Source: Octopus bimaculoides (taxonomy: Eukaryota). Taken from it: a stretch of DNA of 64,000 nt. Below are positions 10,361 through 24,234 of this stretch, piece after piece. The translations under genes and the position numbers were made by a program. Location: assembly GCF_001194135.2 (NCBI RefSeq), contig NC_068983.1:166090510-166154509 (forward strand), in the 5' to 3' direction. The notes beneath the pieces are model-generated. The model was not told where the DNA came from and made no database searches. It was given only the letters and a program-made list of their open reading frames with translations. Each line of letters opens with the position of its first letter. Positions within the stretch are counted from its first letter, which is position 1.

Positions 10361-13163
10361 CAATTATAGGGTATATTTTAAAGTTCCCAAATTTATTTTT
10401 AGAAATCTCAATAAGTAAGACACCCTGTGGCAGCATATTCAGATAATTTAAGTCAGCTGGAACTTTCGAAATTTCATTTTACAGCAAAATAATTATTAAA
10501 AAAAAAAAGAAAAGAAAAAAGAAATAGATAAAACTTATTTTCATTTGAATATTTTGTTATCTGTAATTTAGGATTATTTGAAATATCAAGTTACAAGAAC
10601 TAGTTTAAAAAAAACATAAATTCAGACCTTTTACAGCAGTTTATGAAAGATTGGATTAGTTGAAAAGCTAGCTGTGAAGGCCTAGTGAAACACATACATT
10701 ACTAATCAGCTTATTATATTCAGCGCTCAGGTACACTACAGCAATCTATTAGAATCATTTGCATATATAGAAAGAATGTAGTTAGTAAAAGGAGGGTTTT
10801 AAACCGTATGAAAACAGGCTAAGAAGAATAATCCTGGAAACAGCTGGTACCACTATAACAGAATAGGTTTCATGTAAGTGGTCACTTAATAACTCGCCCA
10901 GAGTTAGATATTTTGGTAATATTTGACAGATAATAGCCTTTTTTTAAAAAATATGATACAATCATGTTATTTGATTTAGTTATATTCAACAAACTTAGCA
11001 ATTGAAAATAACAGGGTTTTTTTTTATTACTAACTCCAATTAATATTCTATTTCTAAAAACCTCTATATTAAATTAATAGGAATAAAATGCTGCATTAAC
11101 TCTTATTTTTTATGTATTCTTTATTTTTGATGGTTTGGTCTGGAGACTGGCACTGGCAACATTGATAGTTACCAGTTGATAGCTGAGGGAGGGGATTCCA
11201 GATGGATAATGTTCTAGGGTGGAATGCTTGAATAGTGGTCAGAGTGGTGGCCTGGTATGAGTGAAGAGGGATAGAAAATCAGTGAACCAAACATTCTACT
11301 ATGATTAAGTCACCTTTCAAGATCTGATTTATAAAGAATGATAAAATGTGTAAGGAAATCTTCATTAAACAAAAAACTAATTTAAGATTCTATCATATCT
11401 ACTCAAGTAAAATGTTATCTTGAACGTAATGGACCACAGCCCTCTCCTCACCATTTTTTGTGTCATATATTTCATCCTTCATATAATACACTCAAATATA
11501 AGACTAGCCACTAATTTTGATCTTGATATTTTATATTGAATTTCTCACATTCTACATGAATACAATCATGTGTAAGAGAGAAAGCAATTCCAAAGAGAAG
11601 CAACCAATGCAGAAAATAATTGATGTTTTGATGTAAAAAATTAATATATTTCTTTGTTCCAAATAAAAGGAGGCAGAGGCAGGGAGGGGAAAAGAAGTGG
11701 CTGCCAGTCAAACAATTACTGATAGTTCTGAATGCTGTTTTAATTATATTACAGAAGAGTTACAAAAGGTTGTGTGGATAATGTCAGGGGTTTACAACTC
11801 ATTAGTAGTACTGTACTTGGGAACAAAACATTGAGCTCTTCTATGTGTGAGCTTTAGATAACTGAAATTTAGTACAAACAAAGAAATAGTTTGATAGTTT
11901 AGCAATGATGATATGGTGTGTGTGGGTGTGTGTGTGTGTGTGTGTGTGTTGACATCATGTGAATAGTTGCAAAAAAAAAAAAATTGCTGTCATACAAGTG
12001 CTATCCTTTGTTTCTAATTTTCCATGAAATCATGGAAACAGGCGAGGGTTGATGACAGGAAGGACATCTAGTCATAGAAAGATCTGCCTAAAAAAAAATT
12101 CCATCCAACTCATGCCAGCATGGAAAAATGAACTTTAAAACAATGATGATGATGATGGTGATGTTTAGTAGCAAGTTTTAAGATGCACATTCATGTTCAG
12201 TATTTTTAACCATGTTCTGTCAATTATTTGAAGGGGGATTTTTAAAAATGTCTAGCTAATTAGTTAAAATACTGTTTGCCATGCAAGACAATAAACAGTT
12301 TTGATATCAACAAGCTAAAGCCTGCATTTGGTTCCACATTTACAAAACTATTCATTTCAGTTCATATTCAAATAAAAATACAACTTATGTAAGAACCTCT
12401 TGTTAAATTGTTCCAAACATCATGTTAAAAGTATACAAATAATTTTACTGATTCCATCCAAATTCTTTACTGCTTTCTAAAATTAATTGAAACAAAGTGC
12501 AATTCAACAGAAATATAATTATGAAAGGATTAGCTTGTTCCAAACACTTAAAAAATACAGGTTAGTTATTTTACTGACTCCATCCAAATTAATTGAAACA
12601 CACAGTATACTTCATTTGAATTATGGTTCAAAAAGTGTTCATTAAATTTCTGATATGAAAAATAAAATCAATTACCAAGTTAGTAAGACACATTCCAACC
12701 ATCAGAAGCCAATGACTGTATTTTGTTTTGTTTGTATTTATCACCATTAAATAATGTAATGTTGTTTTTTAAGTTTCTGTCCCACTTTGATAAGTGTTAA
12801 GTTAAGTTTAATAAATAGGACAACATGGCTCTATTATTTAAGTTATTTTAATAAATAATATCTTTCAATTATGTTGTTATTTGTCATCATCACCATCATT
12901 TTTACTTCTGTTTCTCCATGCCAGCATTAAGTGTTGCATTACACTTGTCTCATCATGTGTCTTAACCTTTTGGATCAAATAATAACAAAGAAAATCATCA
13001 GACTACATTGTTGTAGATGTCACATGCATTTCACATGGTTGTTTTGCTCTCACCAACTTCTTTACACTTTCGATCTGGATGTATTTTAGCAGTCTGGCAA
13101 TGGTACTAGAGAGAGAGACTGTCTGCCAGGACTAAAGAGTTCTCTTCTAGTTCTTATCCAGTG

Positions 13164-13229
13164 TTACTGTCCCTTACACGGGGAGCCTTTACTGTCACTT
13201 ACACGGGGAGCCTTTACTGTCCCTTACAC
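13164..13229. repeat. 25-bp tandem repeat, about 2.6 copies
   Basis: TTACTGTCCCTTACACGGGGAGCCT units. Confidence 0.9.
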
Positions 13230-15377
13230 AGGCCATCTCATCTGTTTTTGATTTTTTTCTTTTGTTTATGGTTGGAAAGCCTTTCATAATTAATTCATTC
13301 TTATTATATCACAGGAATGTGGGGTTTTTTTTCAGGTCTTAATCAAAATTATTCTTCTTGCCATTGTTTCTTCATTTATTGTCTGGTTTCAAAAATTAAT
13401 CAGTAAATGGTTAAGAAATTTGACTTTTTTTTCCCCACTTCTTCTGTGCTTCAGAATATTTGCCTCACAACCGTTCTTCCCTCAACTCTCTGAGATTTGA
13501 GAGCTTGACAAACTTTTTCCTTATCCTGCTCCCTGCTACAAACCTCTCCACAGAGTGCACTATTTATACAATACCTAATCTGTATTTAGAACAGTTACGA
13601 CTGTTGCTCCTTATCATGTCTTACTGTTTACAGTCTGCAACTTTGTGTGTAACACAACCAAGTTGAAACCAGTCTGCTGGGACTGTTCTGCTAAATTTTT
13701 ATGGCAGGTTTTAGAATTGTCCATGATAAAATATAAATAAGTAGTTTTTCAAGTTTACAACAAAGTTGTAAGTTGTGATTACTGGATGGCATTAAATTCG
13801 TTTGTTTTTCGTAGTGTTTTAGTTGCTATTAACTTTAAAACTAACATCTCAGGCAGCTTTCTAATAAACCAATAGAGGATTGCTGTGTTACTTGAAATAC
13901 TAAACATCTTGTTTTTGCTTAACTGTGTCCCCATTACCAAAATGATTTCACTGTTGTTCTCAGAAGGAATTTAGAAATATTAATAAACAAGATTAGAACT
14001 ATTTAAATATAATATTACTTCATTGGACACTAAAATATTAAATGATAAACTTGAAAACAAAAAACAAAACAAAAAAATACAATGTTTAGAAAAGTGTCTT
14101 CTAAAAAATAAAACTAATGGTTAGTGCTGTGAGCACTGCAGAAAGTCTCACTAATCTTTTGAGTACAACATTGGATAGTAATTTTTAGTTTTTCAAAGTC
14201 TGAAATATAAGCAGCATTGGATAATAATTCCTCTCCTGAAGCAAAGAATTACCATTAAAAGAGAAAGGTTACATTATTTCTCTGCTTTTATATTTATTAT
14301 TCTTTTAAATTTCTATTGCTTTGTCTAAATTTAAAAAAAAAAAAAAAAATTCAAGTCAGATATGTAAATTAGCTTTGTAATGTAATTTTTAATAAACATA
14401 CATTTAGGAGTTATAGTGTTCATTAGTATTAACCGAGACAGAACATGGTCGAAAATACTGAACATGTGTGTGTGCATCTTAAGCTTGCTAATGAACATCG
14501 TCGTTGTTGTTGTTTTAATGTCCACTTTTCCCTGCTGACATGGAACTGGGTACAGACGGTGTTGATTTGCCTGGCTTTTCATTATTATGTAACTTTGATA
14601 AAATGTTTACAAAAATACCATTCTCTGTAACTGCTAACCCCTATGATTACCACTGCATAGGAAATACTGAATAAAACATCACAGTAAAAGTCCAGAACAT
14701 CATATGTAATAGGAAAGAAATGAAGCTGAAGCAAACAGTCCCTTGAAAGATAATTACTTCTAAACAAAGAACATTTTTAAAGAGATGTACAATTTCAATT
14801 AGCAAAACATAAAAGACAGAATAACCAAAAAAGTAGAGAAACTAATTTCCTGTTTCCTCTCAACTAGAGAGACTGATACCAACTTTTTATTGCACATTTA
14901 CTTTTTATGTCTTCTAATAATTTCTCCAACTAAAACAAATACTTAGAGCTTTTATCATGGCCTATAGATTAGTTGAGTAGATAAACACAAGAAACACAGA
15001 GGGCAGCATGGTTAAGAAAATAATTCACCTTTATAAAAATGGTTGTTTGTGGTATAGCAGCAGCAAAATAGTTAAGATGCCAGGCAGTCGACTTATACAT
15101 CATATTTGAATCTCAATAAAATTTATTTGAGTACACCCTTTTGCTTTTAGGATCATACTGGCAGAGAAGTTTCTGGTGAGGAAAGATCCTACCCTCACTT
15201 TCACCCCGAATAAAACAAACATAGAAATTCAATGAATTTAGAGGAATATGGTGATCTTTCAGATTTTGGAGAGAGTGCGTGTGTGTGCACTTCTGTCTAT
15301 TAATTACTTGGTTAATGTCAGTTGATTAGTGAACCCTTCAAGTATTTGTATCAGAGGTGTGTGTGTGTATAAGCACA

Positions 15378-15760
15378 AGAATGGCTGAGTAGCTAACCAC
15401 ATGGTTTTGGGTTCAACTCCATTCTCTAGCACCTTGGACAAGTGTCTTCTATAGCTTCAAGCTGACAAAGCCTTGTCAATAGATTTGGTAGACAGAAACT
15501 GAAAGAAGACCCAATGTGCATGTGCGTGTCTTTGTATCCCTTTGTCTTGACATCATGTGATGGTTGTAAATGAGTGCCACTGTCATACAAGCAGTGTCAC
15601 TCATTTCTAAAATTCTGTGAAAAACATGTCTGGAAACGGAAACATGTGAGGGTTGGTTGCAGGAAGGTCATCCAGTTGTAGAAAATCTGCCACAACACAT
15701 TCCATTTGATCCATGCCAACATAGAAAAGTGGACATTAAAATGATTACACACACACACAC
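15378..15760 (+). mobile_element. SINE with family-B head and RTE-type tail
   Basis: GGGTTCAACTCC B box and family-B body, then AGGAAGGTCATCCAG...CCATGCCAACATAGAAAAGTGGACATTAAAATGAT. Confidence 0.6.
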
Positions 15761-17429
15761 AACTCCTGCATTATGAACATGTATATTTTCAGAAACTCTG
15801 AACATGAGGATGATTAGTGATACAGAAATTTAATGAAACGATGTAAGCAAATTATTTTCAGCTGCATCAACCATATACATTTCATATATTTTCACAAATC
15901 ATTGCAACTTTTTTTGGTTTTCAAAAGCCCAAAGTCTTTTGTAAATCTAACTTTCCCTCTGTGATGCAAGAGTACTGTCTGCTTTCCTGTCAGGTAACTT
16001 GAATTAAATATAGTAATAAGACTTGTCAGAGGTTTATATCAATGACAACGAAGAGTGGGTCTCGACAGTTCGGTACTGCATGTTGCTATGCATACTGACG
16101 TAACATAGAAAGATGGAGGAAATGTCAATTAGAGCAGAGAAACACACAGGTGTGTGAGTGCAGATTCAAGAATTTGGACAACTGGCTGACAGAATGATGG
16201 CAGAACAATCAAATAGGAATAAGTTATAATAGCATTGTCTATAAATTATCATAGAATTTGGGCCAGAGAGAAATACTGTGCCAAGTTTATGTCTCATGCA
16301 ACAGCAAACACCTCGAGCCATAAAAGAAACTAATACATTATTGCATGCAACCAGCTTGAGTAGATTTTATTGTTTGCCAAGTTGCTCTTTTGCCAACTCA
16401 ATGCAATTGATATTCAAAAGAACATAATAGTAGAATTATAATAATAGAATGGAATAATAGTGTTATAGATGAGTTTTCCAACCTATTTTCTAAAAATTGA
16501 TATGGATAAGAGTCTAACACTTTCAGAAATTTTTATCACTGAAGGAATATTCTAGAAACTGATGCTATTTCATTATTTTGCAATGTATGTATATCCATGT
16601 AGGTCTAGAGCTATAACATTTAGTTGTGTTAAACTACAATTACAAAGATTCTGATTCCAAATCATCACTCTGCACCCTTTAAGGAAAACATGTCAAGCAT
16701 TTGTTTCGGTGCAGCTGACTGAAATACTCTGATAGGGAAGTGTCAGTACACGTTTCTAACCATACACATGCACACTATCTGTCTGTCTGTCTATCCACAC
16801 ACACACACACACACATATACTATTGTAAGTTTGTGTTGGGTAAAAATCTGCTGTTTTCCTCATCCAACACTCAATATAAACTCTTGCCTGTCTACAAATT
16901 TAAAGAAGTTCCCCTCGTACACAAACCTCAGCTTCATTACAAATAAATGATTGTGAGTCACAAAATATACAATATCTGAATAAATTTATGCCTAGTTGAA
17001 TATACCAGAGTGACACGTCATTAGATTAGTACCAGGCTGTACTTCTACTATACACGGTGTAATCTATACAGATATGATATAGTCTGTCATGTAAAATTTT
17101 TTATTCTTAATGTGATTTAAAATGGATTGTCATGGAAATAATTGTATTAAACTTGTGTTACGTCGACTCTTCATCTTCTTTGACTTATATATACATTCAC
17201 ACACACACAATATTATTTCCTGAAACATTTTCATTTATAAAACGAACCAACTCTTGCTAATGTAACAAAAGGGATGGATGGATTGTAAACAGATATAATA
17301 CTTCAAATCTCAAAATCTTGCAAGCGATCATCACCAGACGCTATACTGTGCAACACCTTCCCAGCAATCTTTCTTAAATTGAGTGTCAACAAGTAAAGCA
17401 CTAACCAAAATGTGACAAGAACATCTCAC

Positions 17430-17716
17430 CTGTCTGTGAAGAGATCCAGTGCTGGGACTTAGCGAAACATTTGCCTCAGATTGGGATGCAACTACCATAG
17501 AGAGAGGGCGCTGCTGGGCCAGCTCCGTCTGTAGAGATTGGCTCTTTTCTAGTACAGGTGATGCCACAGGTTCAGCCTTTTCCCCTTTTTTCCGTTTTAA
17601 GGAAGCATGTTGTGTATCTATGGAAGAATTTGTTTGTACTGAGTGGGGTTGCAGTCTTGGAGAGCCAGAGAGCGCACTGCTGGTGTCAGATTCCTCAAAA
17701 CCTTGATCCGGAATAT
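17430..17716 (-). CDS. Internal coding exon (287 nt) of the same gene
   Basis: CTAATTCCATTTTTCGATTTTCCAG|AT acceptor and CAG|GTGAGA donor. Open frame IPDQGFEESDTSSALSGSPR...RPLSMVV...GSLHRQ. Phase 1 start is compatible with the upstream exon. Confidence 0.8.
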
Positions 17717-18721
17717 CTGGAAAATCGAAAAATGGAATTAGCTGAGAACATTAAAATATTGGTGCTTTGTAAATACTATCAACAAATATCTTTCGATTGG
17801 CGTCAGTTTAAAGAATCCTGTTACTCCACCTGAATGAAGAAAAGTCTTTACATTACTAGGCATTAGTCTTTTTGTTGCTCTGTGAGTAATTTGTTAGAAA
17901 TCAATTTTGCCTTCTTCATTATCCCTATTCAATATATTTACTGTTGCCTAAACATCAGTTAATCCTAGAATTGTTTATACCATTCCTTGATTTTTTTTTT
18001 GAAGAAATAGTTTTTATGATCAGATGATACCCACCCATCCTACTGCCAACCCATGAATAAAGGAGAAAGATAGCAATTTCTTTTCGAAGAAACTCATTTG
18101 CACATTTAGTAAGCTAAATTATTCTGTTAAAAACATGAGGTTGCTATTTACATTTAAGCGAGGTGTGGGGTGGAGTGAACAAATATAACTGAAATCCCAA
18201 AATATTTCCAATCAACTAAAATTACACTTGTAATAAAAAGAAAATAATTTGAATAAGTGGTAATGACAATTTTTATCAAGAATGACAAAGGAGATCATTC
18301 CAATATCCAACCCGAATGAGAGCATGCTGGGAGGAGTGACTAATAACAGATATGTTTCAATGTTATCAAACCTCTTCAACAGAGCATGGTCTGATGTAAA
18401 TCTAACAGATCTGGAGATTTTAAGCAAATGGAAAAAAAAATCCCAATGAGGCAATTTAAAACAATGAGAGGTAAAATTTCTGTAGGAGTGTCTTTGACTT
18501 GAAGAATATATAGTTAAGCAGGTGCAAACATACTGAATGTAATAAGCCAAACAATTTCTAATCAATTTAAATGATGTCTATAATGTAATTTGCATCTTGA
18601 TTGTAAACAAAAACCTCTGTTCATATAAAATGATGCCAGTTATTTACATTTCTCTGTTGAAGCATGCCTAGGATATCTGTTAGAGACACTTAAGAGATAT
18701 CTATCAAAAACAGATGGGGAC

Positions 18722-18795
<74 letters not shown>
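18722..18795. repeat. (GAT)n microsatellite
   Basis: Long pure TGA run next to a 10-N gap. It is the source of the poly-Ser ORF in the track. Confidence 0.95.
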
Positions 18796-18796
<1 letters not shown>

Positions 18797-18953
18797 GGAG
18801 NNNNNNNNNNAAAATCTGCCTAAACAAAGTTTCATCTGATCATGCAAGCATAGAAAAGGGGACAGTAAAATGACAAGGGGAAAAATGTCATTTAGTCTTA
18901 TCAGTAAAGACAAAGAAGGAAACGAAATTGAAATTGATTAAAAATTAAATAGG

Positions 18954-18996
<43 letters not shown>

Positions 18997-20229
18997 AAGA
19001 GTCTAATAAGACCGAAATGTGATGGGAGAGGTTACCATTCTTACCAAAGATCAGTCTCACTTCCCACAGCATGCCCCTATTTGATTTATTTTTAATTGGT
19101 TTTGATCTCAGAGTTGTCTATCTTGCTTTTCTGGATAAAAATTATCATCAAAACTAATGACTTTTCCCTACATTACATGTGTAACATTTTATAAGACATT
19201 TTGGGAACTGGAGGTTGGGCAGGGGAAGTCTTATTAAATTAAATATGTTAGTCACACTTGATTTCAGTTCTTTACATAGTAGACATCCCTTGGAAAACTT
19301 GCTATTCCCTAAATTACTCTGTCAATCAGAGGAAGAGATGAGAAGGATTACTATGTTAATCTCAAACAGATGAAAGACCAAACTGATCAAGATAAGATAA
19401 CGTTTATATTTTCTTAAAATATTGATATTAGTGAAGAACTAGATTATGCTTAAATTAATGATACAATCAAGATAATTAACTGATATTAGGTAAGAGAAGG
19501 GGTGGAGGGTGATCAGATTAAACTGATTATTATTAAGAGATAAGACTTCATACTGAAAGAAAATTAAATTTTCATTTATCTTTTAATGAAAACGTTAATC
19601 AATTTAGAAATCATTACGTTAATGAGCTCAAATATGAGAGAATGACATCATCAGATAAAGAAGAATGAGGCAGGATTTTATTCAGGCCTCTGAGACTGGT
19701 GAGAGGAAATTATCCGAAAACAGGGCCTCAGATGTTTGCAACAATGTGAACCCTGCTAAAAGCATCCTAACAGACTTTTACAAAGACTTTGACCACCAAA
19801 TTTCACTCCCAAAGCCCTGGTTAAGTTGATTACAATGTAGAAGACATTTGCCCAAGATGATGTGCAAAGGGACCAAACCCAAAATCCACTTAGTTTGTAA
19901 AGGAAATCTCTTAAGCACACAGCCTTGTCTTTACCAAACTTCCCTCAAACATCTTGGTTGATCTGAGGTCACAGCAGAAGACATTTGCTCACATCGCTAA
20001 GCAGTGGGATCAAACCAGAAGCTGAAACTAGAAACCATGAAGTGAAACAATCGGTTTAATTACAGGATCATGTTTAGAACCATGTTGACCTCACTGAGCA
20101 CAACTTGTAATCAATGAAAGCCAGCCATGACCATCCAGAGACAGTATCTCCAAGATTTCATTAGTCAGAGTATACTTTTCATTATTTAAAATGGAATTTC
20201 AGAGTAATTAAGTCTGTTGTCCGATCACA

Positions 20230-21055
20230 TTGAGGATGATTCTGTAGTAGGTGGAGGTGGAAGTTTGGTGTGAGAGGGGTGAGCATCAAAAAGGCAAGAA
20301 GTGTTCAGGATTGCAAAACAATGTGTGAGAGAGAACCTGAGATGTCATAAGTGAAAAGAGTGTTTGGAACAAGGATGGCAAACTCACCATCAATATAAAA
20401 CAAAAGAAACAAGTGTGGAAGTGCTATTATGAAAGGCAGCTGATGTGGAGAATACATGGGATAAACATGGATTATCCCGTGTAGATCTAATAAAGGGACA
20501 AGTGATTCAAGTTGAGAGCAGTGTTATGGTGATGCCTTCTGACCCTGAAAGAGGTACCACAGATGCAGTCTTCCTAGTGAAGCAACTGCAGGTGAAATAC
20601 CTGGTTAAGGATAAATTACTATCCCTGGATTCCTTTGATTTGGAGAAAGCCTTTGACAGGGTATTACACTTAGGAATTTGGTGATCACTGACAAAACTAT
20701 TTCTTGCTGTTCCTTTTCTCTCACTCCCCCCTTCCTTTACTAGTATTAGTAGTCATGCAAATCCTGTACAAGAACCTGCATTGCCCCCACCCCACCCCAA
20801 AGTTCCATTCCTCATCCGCCAGCATGAAGCTGACCCCTGCCACCCAGCGAGTTGCATTCCAACCTCAGTCATAGGTAGCAGGAAAAAAAGCACCTAGTCC
20901 TTGTTGTAGAGTGGTTAGGGTTGGGAAGGGCATCCAGCCGTAAAAAAACATCCCAAAACAGAGATTGGAGTTCAATGCAGTCTTTGGACACATTGGATCC
21001 TGTCAAACTGTCCAACTCTGATCAGTATGGAACACGGGCATTAAATGATGATGAT
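20230..21055 (+). mobile_element. Degenerate RTE LINE fragments plus 3' tail
   Basis: VFRIAKQCVREN, RGTTDAVFLVKQLQVKYL...FDLEKAFDRV RT motifs and the RTE 3' tail at about 20910-21055. Confidence 0.7.
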
Positions 21056-22480
21056 GAAAATGCTTATAATGTTAAATATGACAAAAAGAGAAGAAAAAAA
21101 AAAGTAGGTAATGGCATTATTTATTTATTTGTTATGAATGAAGTATCAAATTTTAAGAGTGCAGAGGATCATAGAACAGTATTTGGTTGAGAAAGTAAAA
21201 TATTTCTAATGACTGCTTAAAACTGGATGAAAAGATTAACATTAACTATCTGAAAAGAAACTAGAAACTTTATATTTAAGTTTATCAACTGCATCTTGAT
21301 GAAACTGAACACTTAATTATCTCCTTATTTTATACTATAATAATATATTATATAACAATACAGTAAATTCTATAAAATTAAAAACGACAGTGCATGTGTG
21401 TGCAAAGAAAGGGGACAATCTATAATGCCCTCCCTTTCCTTCATTATGTTAATCTATTAAAATATAAACTGTTTAATAAATAAGCTTTGTGAATCTCATT
21501 CCGAACTAAGATATATAAAGAGTATAAAGTAAAATGCGAGTTCTCTTATTATCAGAGGTAGATAGAGAAGTGCAGTCCTCATCACTTGAAGAAACTTCAG
21601 TTAGCAGTTGTCAGTCAGAAAATGGAGTTAATCCTGAACAAGACACCAAGAAAAGGGGGGGGGGGAGTTTCAACCATAGGTGGCACTTGCTTGTGACCAT
21701 CTTGTGATGTCAAGATATGGGTACATACACGTCCACCCACACATACATTCCAACAAGGAAGAATGGTTATACTGCAAAATGGGGACCCCCACCCCATCCC
21801 TGCTGAAAACTGGTGTTTGTGTATGTGCATTTGTGGCGAAGTGTACAATGTGTTTATGTTTCCTCCAAGAGTAATTGTCTACAACATCATATTAAACTAA
21901 TTAAGTTATGGATGATGCTTAGCAGAAGGTTTAAAGAAAATACTCATTAAAAATGTTCCATCTAGAAAAATATTGTAGCTAATTGTAACATCCAGGGATA
22001 TCTCTGTCAGTAGAAGAGACAGAATTTCTTGTGTAAGCATTTGTTTGTTTTTTTTTTTAATTATAAGTGATGTTAGCACTGTCATGTGGAAAAGATTGTG
22101 ACTTCAGATTGAAATTATTGTCATGTTTCCAACAGTAACAAACAGCTACACCATCTCAGTAAAATGACTGTAGACAACCAAGCTCTGATGCTGTGTACAG
22201 TAAAATCATCACAGTCGTCATCATAATCATTTTTATGTCACTTTTGCTTGGGTTGCATGGAGCTTATTGAGGTAAATATTCAAGAGCCAAGTGTTCTTCC
22301 TGTTGCCAACCCTCACTTGTTTCCAAGTAAGGTAATATTTCCTCATGATCAGACATTATTCACAGGAAACTGGAAATGAATGACATTTGCTTGTATGAGA
22401 GTGACACTCTGTTATTACTATGCAAAGTCAAAACAAGGAGACACAAATACACATGCATTATATATATATATATATATATA

Positions 22481-22954
22481 TCATTTAATCAAGATGATAT
22501 CTCTGGCCTGAAGAGTAGCCTGCGGTATACACCTCGTTTGGATATTTACCACTTCTGAGGTTCTACTCATTATGAAACATATGTATTCCAGATCTTATCT
22601 ACTCCATTTTTTAACTCTTATTTGCACACCCACCAACCTTAGTCACTTTACCATGAAATACTTCAATACAAAAAAAAAAAAAAAATCCACAACCTTCCCC
22701 TCTCAATGAACCCCTATTGTCCCTGAAAGTTGTTTCTTTATATTTACTACAGATTGCTTGAAGCTAACCTCCTTCCTAAACCTCAATCTTTGGATCTTGT
22801 CTTCCCTTTCTCTTGGACTTTCTGAAGAAGAGCATTGCTCAAAACATAAAACCACCATCTTTTCTTCCCTGAGCATCTGTTAATACTTTACATGTACCAC
22901 ATCCTCGTGTTGTTGTTTTTTCCTTCTTGAGTTTTCTTTCTTAGTATTTTTGAA

Positions 22955-22960
<6 letters not shown>
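22481..22960 (+). mobile_element. Short hammerhead-bearing (Penelope-like) element inside a (TA)n array
   Basis: (TA)n on both flanks. Contains CTGAAGA-A-GAGC ATT GCTC-AAAAC at 22822-22845 and a second atypical motif at 22502-22592. Confidence 0.45.
22819..22851 (+). ncRNA. Degenerate minimal hammerhead motif
   Basis: TTT-CTGAAGA-A-GAGC ATT GCTC-[G>A]AAAC[G>A]TA-AAA. Both departures from consensus are compatible with CpG decay. Confidence 0.5.
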
Positions 22961-23023
<63 letters not shown>

Positions 23024-24011
23024 CATACATACATGTGTGTGTGTGCAGGCACACACACACACATTCATGATGAGTTTCTCTCAGTTTCCATTTGCAAATC
23101 CAGTCACAAGGCTTTTATCAAACTGGTGCTATAGATACAAGCTCAAGGTGCCATGCAGCAAGACTGAACCTGAAACCATGTGGTTGGGAAGAAAACTTCT
23201 TACCCACACCTGTGCTTATAGAGATAATAGTCTCCCAATATAAAATTATCTTTGGCTTAATATAATCTGCAGTAAATTCTTGGGGTGAAAGATAGGATGG
23301 TGTGGTGGGTGGTTGGTTGGTTGTAAAATGACATTCCTTGAAAGGAAGTGTTGAGTTCCAAAACAGTAAGAACTAGAGTTCCAAAAGCCTCATAAGAAGT
23401 TCTGTTAGAAACATTGAAGAAAGAACTGTGTGAAAGCTTGGCAGTTCCAACCCATCAGAGACTGAGTTGAAAATTTCATAACAACGATTACAAGTGAAAA
23501 CAACAAGGGGGAAATAGAGAGATTCAGGTGAAGAACTTGAAGGTACTGGAGCATCTGAAGGATCTTTAATCAACATTCCTGCATTACAGACATTCTAACC
23601 CACTCACCTCTTTTTCAAACCAATTTATTTAACGAGACACACCTGACTGCTGCCTACAGAGCAGCAGACTAAAATTTGGCAGTATCTATCTTGTTTTAAT
23701 TGAATTTTAATGAAGCTGTTATTCTAATTTCATGTTTTGGTTTTCTTTTTCTCTCAGAGAGTTCATAATTTAACTTTTCCAAGTTCAAAGCTGCTGAAAG
23801 TGTTCTAACTAGCAACTGTTTAAGATTTTCAGTACAGGAAGCATTAAAACACACACACACACACACACACGATACCAGCAGAGTGTCTGATAGCTGACAT
23901 ACTTTTAGTTGTTGAAAGGGAGTGTTTTAAATTTAAAGAGAGGAAGTCCATAAAGTAGAATGATTTGTTAATGTTAATAATAATGATAATGATAATAATA
24001 ATAATAATGAT

Positions 24012-24234
24012 AATCCTTTTAAATTTTGGCACAAGGCTGGCAAAAGGGGCAAGTTGATTACGTTGGCCCCAGTGCTTTACTTGTACTTATTTTATCAACC
24101 CCAGCACTTAACTGGAACTCATTTTATCAACCTTGGAAGAGTGAAAGGCACATCTGACCTCAGAACTTTAGGCCGGAAAAAATCCATTAGGTATTTTGTC
24201 CGGTTTGTGAACAATTCTACTGGCTGGCTGCCTT
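24012..24234 (-). mobile_element. tRNA-derived SINE, family C
   Basis: GGCACAAGG...CCCCAG..GGAAGAGTGAAAGGCA body shared with at least 8 copies. (AAT)n on both flanks. Confidence 0.75.

Noticed and set aside
11130-11290. Minus-strand FHPRTLSIWNPLP, like a CR1/L2 C-terminus
   Set aside because: Single short motif, not enough to annotate.
13164-13229. CRISPR-like direct repeats (also 60122-60169 and 37153-37195)
   Set aside because: Head-to-tail units with no spacers, in eukaryotic DNA.
17449-17833. Plus-strand 85- and 91-aa ORFs
   Set aside because: Antisense shadows of the 17716-17430 exon.
18212-18565. 117-aa minus-strand ORF
   Set aside because: Starts at TTG, no splice pair or homology cue, AT-rich codon use like intron.
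23373-23578. Minus-strand MLIKDPSDAPVPSSSSPESLY... after a GCAG acceptor (phase 1)
   Set aside because: Phase fits, but the acceptor has no pyrimidine tract, no donor was found and the frame ends in a stop.
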